A DNA stretch of 64,000 nt. Origin: Naegleria gruberi (taxonomy: Eukaryota). The position numbers were made by a program, and so were the translations under genes. The stretch is taken from the NCBI GenBank assembly GCA_000004985.1, contig GG738865.1; one strand, 5' to 3'. Every line of letters starts with the position of its first letter. Position 1 is the first letter of the stretch. Shown in pieces: positions 1 through 12,000 of the stretch. The notes beneath the pieces are model-generated. The model was not told the origin of the DNA and did no database searches. It worked only from the letters and a program-made list of their open reading frames with translations.

Positions 1-3000
1 NNNNNNNNNNNNNNNNNNNNNNNNNNNNNNNNNNNNNNNNNNNNNNNNNNNNNNNNNNNNNNNNNNNNNNNNNNNNNNNNNNNNNNNNNNNNNNNNNNNN
101 NNNNNNNNNNNNNNNNNNNNNNNNNNNNNNNNNNNNNNNNNNNNNNNNNNNNNNNNNNNNNNNNNNNNNNNNNNNNNNNNNNNNNNNNNNNNNNNNNNNN
201 NNNNNNNNNNNNNNNNNNNNNNNNNNNNNNNNNNNNNNNNNNNNNNNNNNNNNNNNNNNNNNNNNNNNNNNNNNNNNNNNNNNNNNNNNNNNNNNNNNNN
301 NNNNNNNNNNNNNNNNNNNNNNNNNNNNNNNNNNNNNNNNNNNNNNNNNNNNNNNNNNNNNNNNNNNNNNNNNNNNNNNNNNNNNNNNNNNNNNNNNNNN
401 NNNNNNNNNNNNNNNNNNNNNNNNNNNNNNNNNNNNNNNNNNNNNNNNNNNNNNNNNNNNNNNNNNNNNNNNNNNNNNNNNNNNNNNNNNNNNNNNNNNN
501 NNNNNNNNNNNNNNNNNNNNNNNNNNNNNNNNNNNNNNNNNNNNNNNNNNNNNNNNNNNNNNNNNNNNNNNNNNNNNNNNNNNNNNNNNNNNNNNNNNNN
601 NNNNNNNNNNNNNNNNNNNNNNNNNNNNNNNNNNNNNNNNNNNNNNNNNNNNNNNNNNNNNNNNNNNNNNNNNNNNNNNNNNNNNNNNNNNNNNNNNNNN
701 NNNNNNNNNNNNNNNNNNNNNNNNNNNNNNNNNNNNNNNNNNNNNNNNNNNNNNNNNNNNNNNNNNNNNNNNNNNNNNNNNNNNNNNNNNNNNNNNNNNN
801 NNNNNNNNNNNNNNNNNNNNNNNNNNNNNNNNNNNNNNNNNNNNNNNNNNNNNNNNNNNNNNNNNNNNNNNNNNNNNNNNNNNNNNNNNNNNNNNNNNNN
901 NNNNNNNNNNNNNNNNNNNNNNNNNNNNNNNNNNNNNNNNNNNNNNNNNNNNNNNNNNNNNNNNNNNNNNNNNNNNNNNNNNNNNNNNNNNNNNNNNNNN
1001 NNNNNNNNNNNNNNNNNNNNNNNNNNNNNNNNNNNNNNNNNNNNNNNNNNNNNNNNNNNNNNNNNNNNNNNNNNNNNNNNNNNNNNNNNNNNNNNNNNNN
1101 NNNNNNNNNNNNNNNNNNNNNNNNNNNNNNNNNNNNNNNNNNNNNNNNNNNNNNNNNNNNNNNNNNNNNNNNNNNNNNNNNNNNNNNNNNNNNNNNNNNN
1201 NNNNNNNNNNNNNNNNNNNNNNNNNNNNNNNNNNNNNNNNNNNNNNNNNNNNNNNNNNNNNNNNNNNNNNNNNNNNNNNNNNNNNNNNNNNNNNNNNNNN
1301 NNNNNNNNNNNNNNNNNNNNNNNNNNNNNNNNNNNNNNNNNNNNNNNNNNNNNNNNNNNNNNNNNNNNNNNNNNNNNNNNNNNNNNNNNNNNNNNNNNNN
1401 NNNNNNNNNNNNNNNNNNNNNNNNNNNNNNNNNNNNNNNNNNNNNNNNNNNNNNNNNNNNNNNNNNNNNNNNNNNNNNNNNNNNNNNNNNNNNNNNNNNN
1501 NNNNNNNNNNNNNNNNNNNNNNNNNNNNNNNNNNNNNNNNNNNNNNNNNNNNNNNNNNNNNNNNNNNNNNNNNNNNNNNNNNNNNNNNNNNNNNNNNNNN
1601 NNNNNNNNNNNNNNNNNNNNNNNNNNNNNNNNNNNNNNNNNNNNNNNNNNNNNNNNNNNNNNNNNNNNNNNNNNNNNNNNNNNNNNNNNNNNNNNNNNNN
1701 NNNNNNNNNNNNNNNNNNNNNNNNNNNNNNNNNNNNNNNNNNNNNNNNNNNNNNNNNNNNNNNNNNNNNNNNNNNNNNNNNNNNNNNNNNNNNNNNNNNN
1801 NNNNNNNNNNNNNNNNNNNNNNNNNNNNNNNNNNNNNNNNNNNNNNNNNNNNNNNNNNNNNNNNNNNNNNNNNNNNNNNNNNNNNNNNNNNNNNNNNNNN
1901 NNNNNNNNNNNNNNNNNNNNNNNNNNNNNNNNNNNNNNNNNNNNNNNNNNNNNNNNNNNNNNNNNNNNNNNNNNNNNNNNNNNNNNNNNNNNNNNNNNNN
2001 NNNNNNNNNNNNNNNNNNNNNNNNNNNNNNNNNNNNNNNNNNNNNNNNNNNNNNNNNNNNNNNNNNNNNNNNNNNNNNNNNNNNNNNNNNNNNNNNNNNN
2101 NNNNNNNNNNNNNNNNNNNNNNNNNNNNNNNNNNNNNNNNNNNNNNNNNNNNNNNNNNNNNNNNNNNNNNNNNNNNNNNNNNNNNNNNNNNNNNNNNNNN
2201 NNNNNNNNNNNNNNNNNNNNNNNNNNNNNNNNNNNNNNNNNNNNNNNNNNNNNNNNNNNNNNNNNNNNNNNNNNNNNNNNNNNNNNNNNNNNNNNNNNNN
2301 NNNNNNNNNNNNNNNNNNNNNNNNNNNNNNNNNNNNNNNNNNNNNNNNNNNNNNNNNNNNNNNNNNNNNNNNNNNNNNNNNNNNNNNNNNNNNNNNNNNN
2401 NNNNNNNNNNNNNNNNNNNNNNNNNNNNNNNNNNNNNNNNNNNNNNNNNNNNNNNNNNNNNNNNNNNNNNNNNNNNNNNNNNNNNNNNNNNNNNNNNNNN
2501 NNNNNNNNNNNNNNNNNNNNNNNNNNNNNNNNNNNNNNNNNNNNNNNNNNNNNNNNNNNNNNNNNNNNNNNNNNNNNNNNNNNNNNNNNNNNNNNNNNNN
2601 NNNNNNNNNNNNNNNNNNNNNNNNNNNNNNNNNNNNNNNNNNNNNNNNNNNNNNNNNNNNNNNNNNNNNNNNNNNNNNNNNNNNNNNNNNNNNNNNNNNN
2701 NNNNNNNNNNNNNNNNNNNNNNNNNNNNNNNNNNNNNNNNNNNNNNNNNNNNNNNNNNNNNNNNNNNNNNNNNNNNNNNNNNNNNNNNNNNNNNNNNNNN
2801 NNNNNNNNNNNNNNNNNNNNNNNNNNNNNNNNNNNNNNNNNNNNNNNNNNNNNNNNNNNNNNNNNNNNNNNNNNNNNNNNNNNNNNNNNNNNNNNNNNNN
2901 NNNNNNNNNNNNNNNNNNNNNNNNNNNNNNNNNNNNNNNNNNNNNNNNNNNNNNNNNNNNNNNNNNNNNNNNNNNNNNNNNNNNNNNNNNNNNNNNNNNN

Positions 3001-6000
3001 NNNNNNNNNNNNNNNNNNNNNNNNNNNNNNNNNNNNNNNNNNNNNNNNNNNNNNNNNNNNNNNNNNNNNNNNNNNNNNNNNNNNNNNNNNNNNNNNNNNN
3101 NNNNNNNNNNNNNNNNNNNNNNNNNNNNNNNNNNNNNNNNNNNNNNNNNNNNNNNNNNNNNNNNNNNNNNNNNNNNNNNNNNNNNNNNNNNNNNNNNNNN
3201 NNNNNNNNNNNNNNNNNNNNNNNNNNNNNNNNNNNNNNNNNNNNNNNNNNNNNNNNNNNNNNNNNNNNNNNNNNNNNNNNNNNNNNNNNNNNNNNNNNNN
3301 NNNNNNNNNNNNNNNNNNNNNNNNNNNNNNNNNNNNNNNNNNNNNNNNNNNNNNNNNNNNNNNNNNNNNNNNNNNNNNNNNNNNNNNNNNNNNNNNNNNN
3401 NNNNNNNNNNNNNNNNNNNNNNNNNNNNNNNNNNNNNNNNNNNNNNNNNNNNNNNNNNNNNNNNNNNNNNNNNNNNNNNNNNNNNNNNNNNNNNNNNNNN
3501 NNNNNNNNNNNNNNNNNNNNNNNNNNNNNNNNNNNNNNNNNNNNNNNNNNNNNNNNNNNNNNNNNNNNNNNNNNNNNNNNNNNNNNNNNNNNNNNNNNNN
3601 NNNNNNNNNNNNNNNNNNNNNNNNNNNNNNNNNNNNNNNNNNNNNNNNNNNNNNNNNNNNNNNNNNNNNNNNNNNNNNNNNNNNNNNNNNNNNNNNNNNN
3701 NNNNNNNNNNNNNNNNNNNNNNNNNNNNNNNNNNNNNNNNNNNNNNNNNNNNNNNNNNNNNNNNNNNNNNNNNNNNNNNNNNNNNNNNNNNNNNNNNNNN
3801 NNNNNNNNNNNNNNNNNNNNNNNNNNNNNNNNNNNNNNNNNNNNNNNNNNNNNNNNNNNNNNNNNNNNNNNNNNNNNNNNNNNNNNNNNNNNNNNNNNNN
3901 NNNNNNNNNNNNNNNNNNNNNNNNNNNNNNNNNNNNNNNNNNNNNNNNNNNNNNNNNNNNNNNNNNNNNNNNNNNNNNNNNNNNNNNNNNNNNNNNNNNN
4001 NNNNNNNNNNNNNNNNNNNNNNNNNNNNNNNNNNNNNNNNNNNNNNNNNNNNNNNNNNNNNNNNNNNNNNNNNNNNNNNNNNNNNNNNNNNNNNNNNNNN
4101 NNNNNNNNNNNNNNNNNNNNNNNNNNNNNNNNNNNNNNNNNNNNNNNNNNNNNNNNNNNNNNNNNNNNNNNNNNNNNNNNNNNNNNNNNNNNNNNNNNNN
4201 NNNNNNNNNNNNNNNNNNNNNNNNNNNNNNNNNNNNNNNNNNNNNNNNNNNNNNNNNNNNNNNNNNNNNNNNNNNNNNNNNNNNNNNNNNNNNNNNNNNN
4301 NNNNNNNNNNNNNNNNNNNNNNNNNNNNNNNNNNNNNNNNNNNNNNNNNNNNNNNNNNNNNNNNNNNNNNNNNNNNNNNNNNNNNNNNNNNNNNNNNNNN
4401 NNNNNNNNNNNNNNNNNNNNNNNNNNNNNNNNNNNNNNNNNNNNNNNNNNNNNNNNNNNNNNNNNNNNNNNNNNNNNNNNNNNNNNNNNNNNNNNNNNNN
4501 NNNNNNNNNNNNNNNNNNNNNNNNNNNNNNNNNNNNNNNNNNNNNNNNNNNNNNNNNNNNNNNNNNNNNNNNNNNNNNNNNNNNNNNNNNNNNNNNNNNN
4601 NNNNNNNNNNNNNNNNNNNNNNNNNNNNNNNNNNNNNNNNNNNNNNNNNNNNNNNNNNNNNNNNNNNNNNNNNNNNNNNNNNNNNNNNNNNNNNNNNNNN
4701 NNNNNNNNNNNNNNNNNNNNNNNNNNNNNNNNNNNNNNNNNNNNNNNNNNNNNNNNNNNNNNNNNNNNNNNNNNNNNNNNNNNNNNNNNNNNNNNNNNNN
4801 NNNNNNNNNNNNNNNNNNNNNNNNNNNNNNNNNNNNNNNNNNNNNNNNNNNNNNNNNNNNNNNNNNNNNNNNNNNNNNNNNNNNNNNNNNNNNNNNNNNN
4901 NNNNNNNNNNNNNNNNNNNNNNNNNNNNNNNNNNNNNNNNNNNNNNNNNNNNNNNNNNNNNNNNNNNNNNNNNNNNNNNNNNNNNNNNNNNNNNNNNNNN
5001 NNNNNNNNNNNNNNNNNNNNNNNNNNNNNNNNNNNNNNNNNNNNNNNNNNNNNNNNNNNNNNNNNNNNNNNNNNNNNNNNNNNNNNNNNNNNNNNNNNNN
5101 NNNNNNNNNNNNNNNNNNNNNNNNNNNNNNNNNNNNNNNNNNNNNNNNNNNNNNNNNNNNNNNNNNNNNNNNNNNNNNNNNNNNNNNNNNNNNNNNNNNN
5201 NNNNNNNNNNNNNNNNNNNNNNNNNNNNNNNNNNNNNNNNNNNNNNNNNNNNNNNNNNNNNNNNNNNNNNNNNNNNNNNNNNNNNNNNNNNNNNNNNNNN
5301 NNNNNNNNNNNNNNNNNNNNNNNNNNNNNNNNNNNNNNNNNNNNNNNNNNNNNNNNNNNNNNNNNNNNNNNNNNNNNNNNNNNNNNNNNNNNNNNNNNNN
5401 NNNNNNNNNNNNNNNNNNNNNNNNNNNNNNNNNNNNNNNNNNNNNNNNNNNNNNNNNNNNNNNNNNNNNNNNNNNNNNNNNNNNNNNNNNNNNNNNNNNN
5501 NNNNNNNNNNNNNNNNNNNNNNNNNNNNNNNNNNNNNNNNNNNNNNNNNNNNNNNNNNNNNNNNNNNNNNNNNNNNNNNNNNNNNNNNNNNNNNNNNNNN
5601 NNNNNNNNNNNNNNNNNNNNNNNNNNNNNNNNNNNNNNNNNNNNNNNNNNNNNNNNNNNNNNNNNNNNNNNNNNNNNNNNNNNNNNNNNNNNNNNNNNNN
5701 NNNNNNNNNNNNNNNNNNNNNNNNNNNNNNNNNNNNNNNNNNNNNNNNNNNNNNNNNNNNNNNNNNNNNNNNNNNNNNNNNNNNNNNNNNNNNNNNNNNN
5801 NNNNNNNNNNNNNNNNNNNNNNNNNNNNNNNNNNNNNNNNNNNNNNNNNNNNNNNNNNNNNNNNNNNNNNNNNNNNNNNNNNNNNNNNNNNNNNNNNNNN
5901 NNNNNNNNNNNNNNNNNNNNNNNNNNNNNNNNNNNNNNNNNNNNNNNNNNNNNNNNNNNNNNNNNNNNNNNNNNNNNNNNNNNNNNNNNNNNNNNNNNNN

Positions 6001-9000
6001 NNNNNNNNNNNNNNNNNNNNNNNNNNNNNNNNNNNNNNNNNNNNNNNNNNNNNNNNNNNNNNNNNNNNNNNNNNNNNNNNNNNNNNNNNNNNNNNNNNNN
6101 NNNNNNNNNNNNNNNNNNNNNNNNNNNNNNNNNNNNNNNNNNNNNNNNNNNNNNNNNNNNNNNNNNNNNNNNNNNNNNNNNNNNNNNNNNNNNNNNNNNN
6201 NNNNNNNNNNNNNNNNNNNNNNNNNNNNNNNNNNNNNNNNNNNNNNNNNNNNNNNNNNNNNNNNNNNNNNNNNNNNNNNNNNNNNNNNNNNNNNNNNNNN
6301 NNNNNNNNNNNNNNNNNNNNNNNNNNNNNNNNNNNNNNNNNNNNNNNNNNNNNNNNNNNNNNNNNNNNNNNNNNNNNNNNNNNNNNNNNNNNNNNNNNNN
6401 NNNNNNNNNNNNNNNNNNNNNNNNNNNNNNNNNNNNNNNNNNNNNNNNNNNNNNNNNNNNNNNNNNNNNNNNNNNNNNNNNNNNNNNNNNNNNNNNNNNN
6501 NNNNNNNNNNNNNNNNNNNNNNNNNNNNNNNNNNNNNNNNNNNNNNNNNNNNNNNNNNNNNNNNNNNNNNNNNNNNNNNNNNNNNNNNNNNNNNNNNNNN
6601 NNNNNNNNNNNNNNNNNNNNNNNNNNNNNNNNNNNNNNNNNNNNNNNNNNNNNNNNNNNNNNNNNNNNNNNNNNNNNNNNNNNNNNNNNNNNNNNNNNNN
6701 NNNNNNNNNNNNNNNNNNNNNNNNNNNNNNNNNNNNNNNNNNNNNNNNNNNNNNNNNNNNNNNNNNNNNNNNNNNNNNNNNNNNNNNNNNNNNNNNNNNN
6801 NNNNNNNNNNNNNNNNNNNNNNNNNNNNNNNNNNNNNNNNNNNNNNNNNNNNNNNNNNNNNNNNNNNNNNNNNNNNNNNNNNNNNNNNNNNNNNNNNNNN
6901 NNNNNNNNNNNNNNNNNNNNNNNNNNNNNNNNNNNNNNNNNNNNNNNNNNNNNNNNNNNNNNNNNNNNNNNNNNNNNNNNNNNNNNNNNNNNNNNNNNNN
7001 NNNNNNNNNNNNNNNNNNNNNNNNNNNNNNNNNNNNNNNNNNNNNNNNNNNNNNNNNNNNNNNNNNNNNNNNNNNNNNNNNNNNNNNNNNNNNNNNNNNN
7101 NNNNNNNNNNNNNNNNNNNNNNNNNNNNNNNNNNNNNNNNNNNNNNNNNNNNNNNNNNNNNNNNNNNNNNNNNNNNNNNNNNNNNNNNNNNNNNNNNNNN
7201 NNNNNNNNNNNNNNNNNNNNNNNNNNNNNNNNNNNNNNNNNNNNNNNNNNNNNNNNNNNNNNNNNNNNNNNNNNNNNNNNNNNNNNNNNNNNNNNNNNNN
7301 NNNNNNNNNNNNNNNNNNNNNNNNNNNNNNNNNNNNNNNNNNNNNNNNNNNNNNNNNNNNNNNNNNNNNNNNNNNNNNNNNNNNNNNNNNNNNNNNNNNN
7401 NNNNNNNNNNNNNNNNNNNNNNNNNNNNNNNNNNNNNNNNNNNNNNNNNNNNNNNNNNNNNNNNNNNNNNNNNNNNNNNNNNNNNNNNNNNNNNNNNNNN
7501 NNNNNNNNNNNNNNNNNNNNNNNNNNNNNNNNNNNNNNNNNNNNNNNNNNNNNNNNNNNNNNNNNNNNNNNNNNNNNNNNNNNNNNNNNNNNNNNNNNNN
7601 NNNNNNNNNNNNNNNNNNNNNNNNNNNNNNNNNNNNNNNNNNNNNNNNNNNNNNNNNNNNNNNNNNNNNNNNNNNNNNNNNNNNNNNNNNNNNNNNNNNN
7701 NNNNNNNNNNNNNNNNNNNNNNNNNNNNNNNNNNNNNNNNNNNNNNNNNNNNNNNNNNNNNNNNNNNNNNNNNNNNNNNNNNNNNNNNNNNNNNNNNNNN
7801 NNNNNNNNNNNNNNNNNNNNNNNNNNNNNNNNNNNNNNNNNNNNNNNNNNNNNNNNNNNNNNNNNNNNNNNNNNNNNNNNNNNNNNNNNNNNNNNNNNNN
7901 NNNNNNNNNNNNNNNNNNNNNNNNNNNNNNNNNNNNNNNNNNNNNNNNNNNNNNNNNNNNNNNNNNNNNNNNNNNNNNNNNNNNNNNNNNNNNNNNNNNN
8001 NNNNNNNNNNNNNNNNNNNNNNNNNNNNNNNNNNNNNNNNNNNNNNNNNNNNNNNNNNNNNNNNNNNNNNNNNNNNNNNNNNNNNNNNNNNNNNNNNNNN
8101 NNNNNNNNNNNNNNNNNNNNNNNNNNNNNNNNNNNNNNNNNNNNNNNNNNNNNNNNNNNNNNNNNNNNNNNNNNNNNNNNNNNNNNNNNNNNNNNNNNNN
8201 NNNNNNNNNNNNNNNNNNNNNNNNNNNNNNNNNNNNNNNNNNNNNNNNNNNNNNNNNNNNNNNNNNNNNNNNNNNNNNNNNNNNNNNNNNNNNNNNNNNN
8301 NNNNNNNNNNNNNNNNNNNNNNNNNNNNNNNNNNNNNNNNNNNNNNNNNNNNNNNNNNNNNNNNNNNNNNNNNNNNNNNNNNNNNNNNNNNNNNNNNNNN
8401 NNNNNNNNNNNNNNNNNNNNNNNNNNNNNNNNNNNNNNNNNNNNNNNNNNNNNNNNNNNNNNNNNNNNNNNNNNNNNNNNNNNNNNNNNNNNNNNNNNNN
8501 NNNNNNNNNNNNNNNNNNNNNNNNNNNNNNNNNNNNNNNNNNNNNNNNNNNNNNNNNNNNNNNNNNNNNNNNNNNNNNNNNNNNNNNNNNNNNNNNNNNN
8601 NNNNNNNNNNNNNNNNNNNNNNNNNNNNNNNNNNNNNNNNNNNNNNNNNNNNNNNNNNNNNNNNNNNNNNNNNNNNNNNNNNNNNNNNNNNNNNNNNNNN
8701 NNNNNNNNNNNNNNNNNNNNNNNNNNNNNNNNNNNNNNNNNNNNNNNNNNNNNNNNNNNNNNNNNNNNNNNNNNNNNNNNNNNNNNNNNNNNNNNNNNNN
8801 NNNNNNNNNNNNNNNNNNNNNNNNNNNNNNNNNNNNNNNNNNNNNNNNNNNNNNNNNNNNNNNNNNNNNNNNNNNNNNNNNNNNNNNNNNNNNNNNNNNN
8901 NNNNNNNNNNNNNNNNNNNNNNNNNNNNNNNNNNNNNNNNNNNNNNNNNNNNNNNNNNNNNNNNNNNNNNNNNNNNNNNNNNNNNNNNNNNNNNNNNNNN

Positions 9001-12000
9001 NNNNNNNNNNNNNNNNNNNNNNNNNNNNNNNNNNNNNNNNNNNNNNNNNNNNNNNNNNNNNNNNNNNNNNNNNNNNNNNNNNNNNNNNNNNNNNNNNNNN
9101 NNNNNNNNNNNNNNNNNNNNNNNNNNNNNNNNNNNNNNNNNNNNNNNNNNNNNNNNNNNNNNNNNNNNNNNNNNNNNNNNNNNNNNNNNNNNNNNNNNNN
9201 NNNNNNNNNNNNNNNNNNNNNNNNNNNNNNNNNNNNNNNNNNNNNNNNNNNNNNNNNNNNNNNNNNNNNNNNNNNNNNNNNNNNNNNNNNNNNNNNNNNN
9301 NNNNNNNNNNNNNNNNNNNNNNNNNNNNNNNNNNNNNNNNNNNNNNNNNNNNNNNNNNNNNNNNNNNNNNNNNNNNNNNNNNNNNNNNNNNNNNNNNNNN
9401 NNNNNNNNNNNNNNNNNNNNNNNNNNNNNNNNNNNNNNNNNNNNNNNNNNNNNNNNNNNNNNNNNNNNNNNNNNNNNNNNNNNNNNNNNNNNNNNNNNNN
9501 NNNNNNNNNNNNNNNNNNNNNNNNNNNNNNNNNNNNNNNNNNNNNNNNNNNNNNNNNNNNNNNNNNNNNNNNNNNNNNNNNNNNNNNNNNNNNNNNNNNN
9601 NNNNNNNNNNNNNNNNNNNNNNNNNNNNNNNNNNNNNNNNNNNNNNNNNNNNNNNNNNNNNNNNNNNNNNNNNNNNNNNNNNNNNNNNNNNNNNNNNNNN
9701 NNNNNNNNNNNNNNNNNNNNNNNNNNNNNNNNNNNNNNNNNNNNNNNNNNNNNNNNNNNNNNNNNNNNNNNNNNNNNNNNNNNNNNNNNNNNNNNNNNNN
9801 NNNNNNNNNNNNNNNNNNNNNNNNNNNNNNNNNNNNNNNNNNNNNNNNNNNNNNNNNNNNNNNNNNNNNNNNNNNNNNNNNNNNNNNNNNNNNNNNNNNN
9901 NNNNNNNNNNNNNNNNNNNNNNNNNNNNNNNNNNNNNNNNNNNNNNNNNNNNNNNNNNNNNNNNNNNNNNNNNNNNNNNNNNNNNNNNNNNNNNNNNNNN
10001 NNNNNNNNNNNNNNNNNNNNNNNNNNNNNNNNNNNNNNNNNNNNNNNNNNNNNNNNNNNNNNNNNNNNNNNNNNNNNNNNNNNNNNNNNNNNNNNNNNNN
10101 NNNNNNNNNNNNNNNNNNNNNNNNNNNNNNNNNNNNNNNNNNNNNNNNNNNNNNNNNNNNNNNNNNNNNNNNNNNNNNNNNNNNNNNNNNNNNNNNNNNN
10201 NNNNNNNNNNNNNNNNNNNNNNNNNNNNNNNNNNNNNNNNNNNNNNNNNNNNNNNNNNNNNNNNNNNNNNNNNNNNNNNNNNNNNNNNNNNNNNNNNNNN
10301 NNNNNNNNNNNNNNNNNNNNNNNNNNNNNNNNNNNNNNNNNNNNNNNNNNNNNNNNNNNNNNNNNNNNNNNNNNNNNNNNNNNNNNNNNNNNNNNNNNNN
10401 NNNNNNNNNNNNNNNNNNNNNNNNNNNNNNNNNNNNNNNNNNNNNNNNNNNNNNNNNNNNNNNNNNNNNNNNNNNNNNNNNNNNNNNNNNNNNNNNNNNN
10501 NNNNNNNNNNNNNNNNNNNNNNNNNNNNNNNNNNNNNNNNNNNNNNNNNNNNNNNNNNNNNNNNNNNNNNNNNNNNNNNNNNNNNNNNNNNNNNNNNNNN
10601 NNNNNNNNNNNNNNNNNNNNNNNNNNNNNNNNNNNNNNNNNNNNNNNNNNNNNNNNNNNNNNNNNNNNNNNNNNNNNNNNNNNNNNNNNNNNNNNNNNNN
10701 NNNNNNNNNNNNNNNNNNNNNNNNNNNNNNNNNNNNNNNNNNNNNNNNNNNNNNNNNNNNNNNNNNNNNNNNNNNNNNNNNNNNNNNNNNNNNNNNNNNN
10801 NNNNNNNNNNNNNNNNNNNNNNNNNNNNNNNNNNNNNNNNNNNNNNNNNNNNNNNNNNNNNNNNNNNNNNNNNNNNNNNNNNNNNNNNNNNNNNNNNNNN
10901 NNNNNNNNNNNNNNNNNNNNNNNNNNNNNNNNNNNNNNNNNNNNNNNNNNNNNNNNNNNNNNNNNNNNNNNNNNNNNNNNNNNNNNNNNNNNNNNNNNNN
11001 NNNNNNNNNNNNNNNNNNNNNNNNNNNNNNNNNNNNNNNNNNNNNNNNNNNNNNNNNNNNNNNNNNNNNNNNNNNNNNNNNNNNNNNNNNNNNNNNNNNN
11101 NNNNNNNNNNNNNNNNNNNNNNNNNNNNNNNNNNNNNNNNNNNNNNNNNNNNNNNNNNNNNNNNNNNNNNNNNNNNNNNNNNNNNNNNNNNNNNNNNNNN
11201 NNNNNNNNNNNNNNNNNNNNNNNNNNNNNNNNNNNNNNNNNNNNNNNNNNNNNNNNNNNNNNNNNNNNNNNNNNNNNNNNNNNNNNNNNNNNNNNNNNNN
11301 NNNNNNNNNNNNNNNNNNNNNNNNNNNNNNNNNNNNNNNNNNNNNNNNNNNNNNNNNNNNNNNNNNNNNNNNNNNNNNNNNNNNNNNNNNNNNNNNNNNN
11401 NNNNNNNNNNNNNNNNNNNNNNNNNNNNNNNNNNNNNNNNNNNNNNNNNNNNNNNNNNNNNNNNNNNNNNNNNNNNNNNNNNNNNNNNNNNNNNNNNNNN
11501 NNNNNNNNNNNNNNNNNNNNNNNNNNNNNNNNNNNNNNNNNNNNNNNNNNNNNNNNNNNNNNNNNNNNNNNNNNNNNNNNNNNNNNNNNNNNNNNNNNNN
11601 NNNNNNNNNNNNNNNNNNNNNNNNNNNNNNNNNNNNNNNNNNNNNNNNNNNNNNNNNNNNNNNNNNNNNNNNNNNNNNNNNNNNNNNNNNNNNNNNNNNN
11701 NNNNNNNNNNNNNNNNNNNNNNNNNNNNNNNNNNNNNNNNNNNNNNNNNNNNNNNNNNNNNNNNNNNNNNNNNNNNNNNNNNNNNNNNNNNNNNNNNNNN
11801 NNNNNNNNNNNNNNNNNNNNNNNNNNNNNNNNNNNNNNNNNNNNNNNNNNNNNNNNNNNNNNNNNNNNNNNNNNNNNNNNNNNNNNNNNNNNNNNNNNNN
11901 NNNNNNNNNNNNNNNNNNNNNNNNNNNNNNNNNNNNNNNNNNNNNNNNNNNNNNNNNNNNNNNNNNNNNNNNNNNNNNNNNNNNNNNNNNNNNNNNNNNN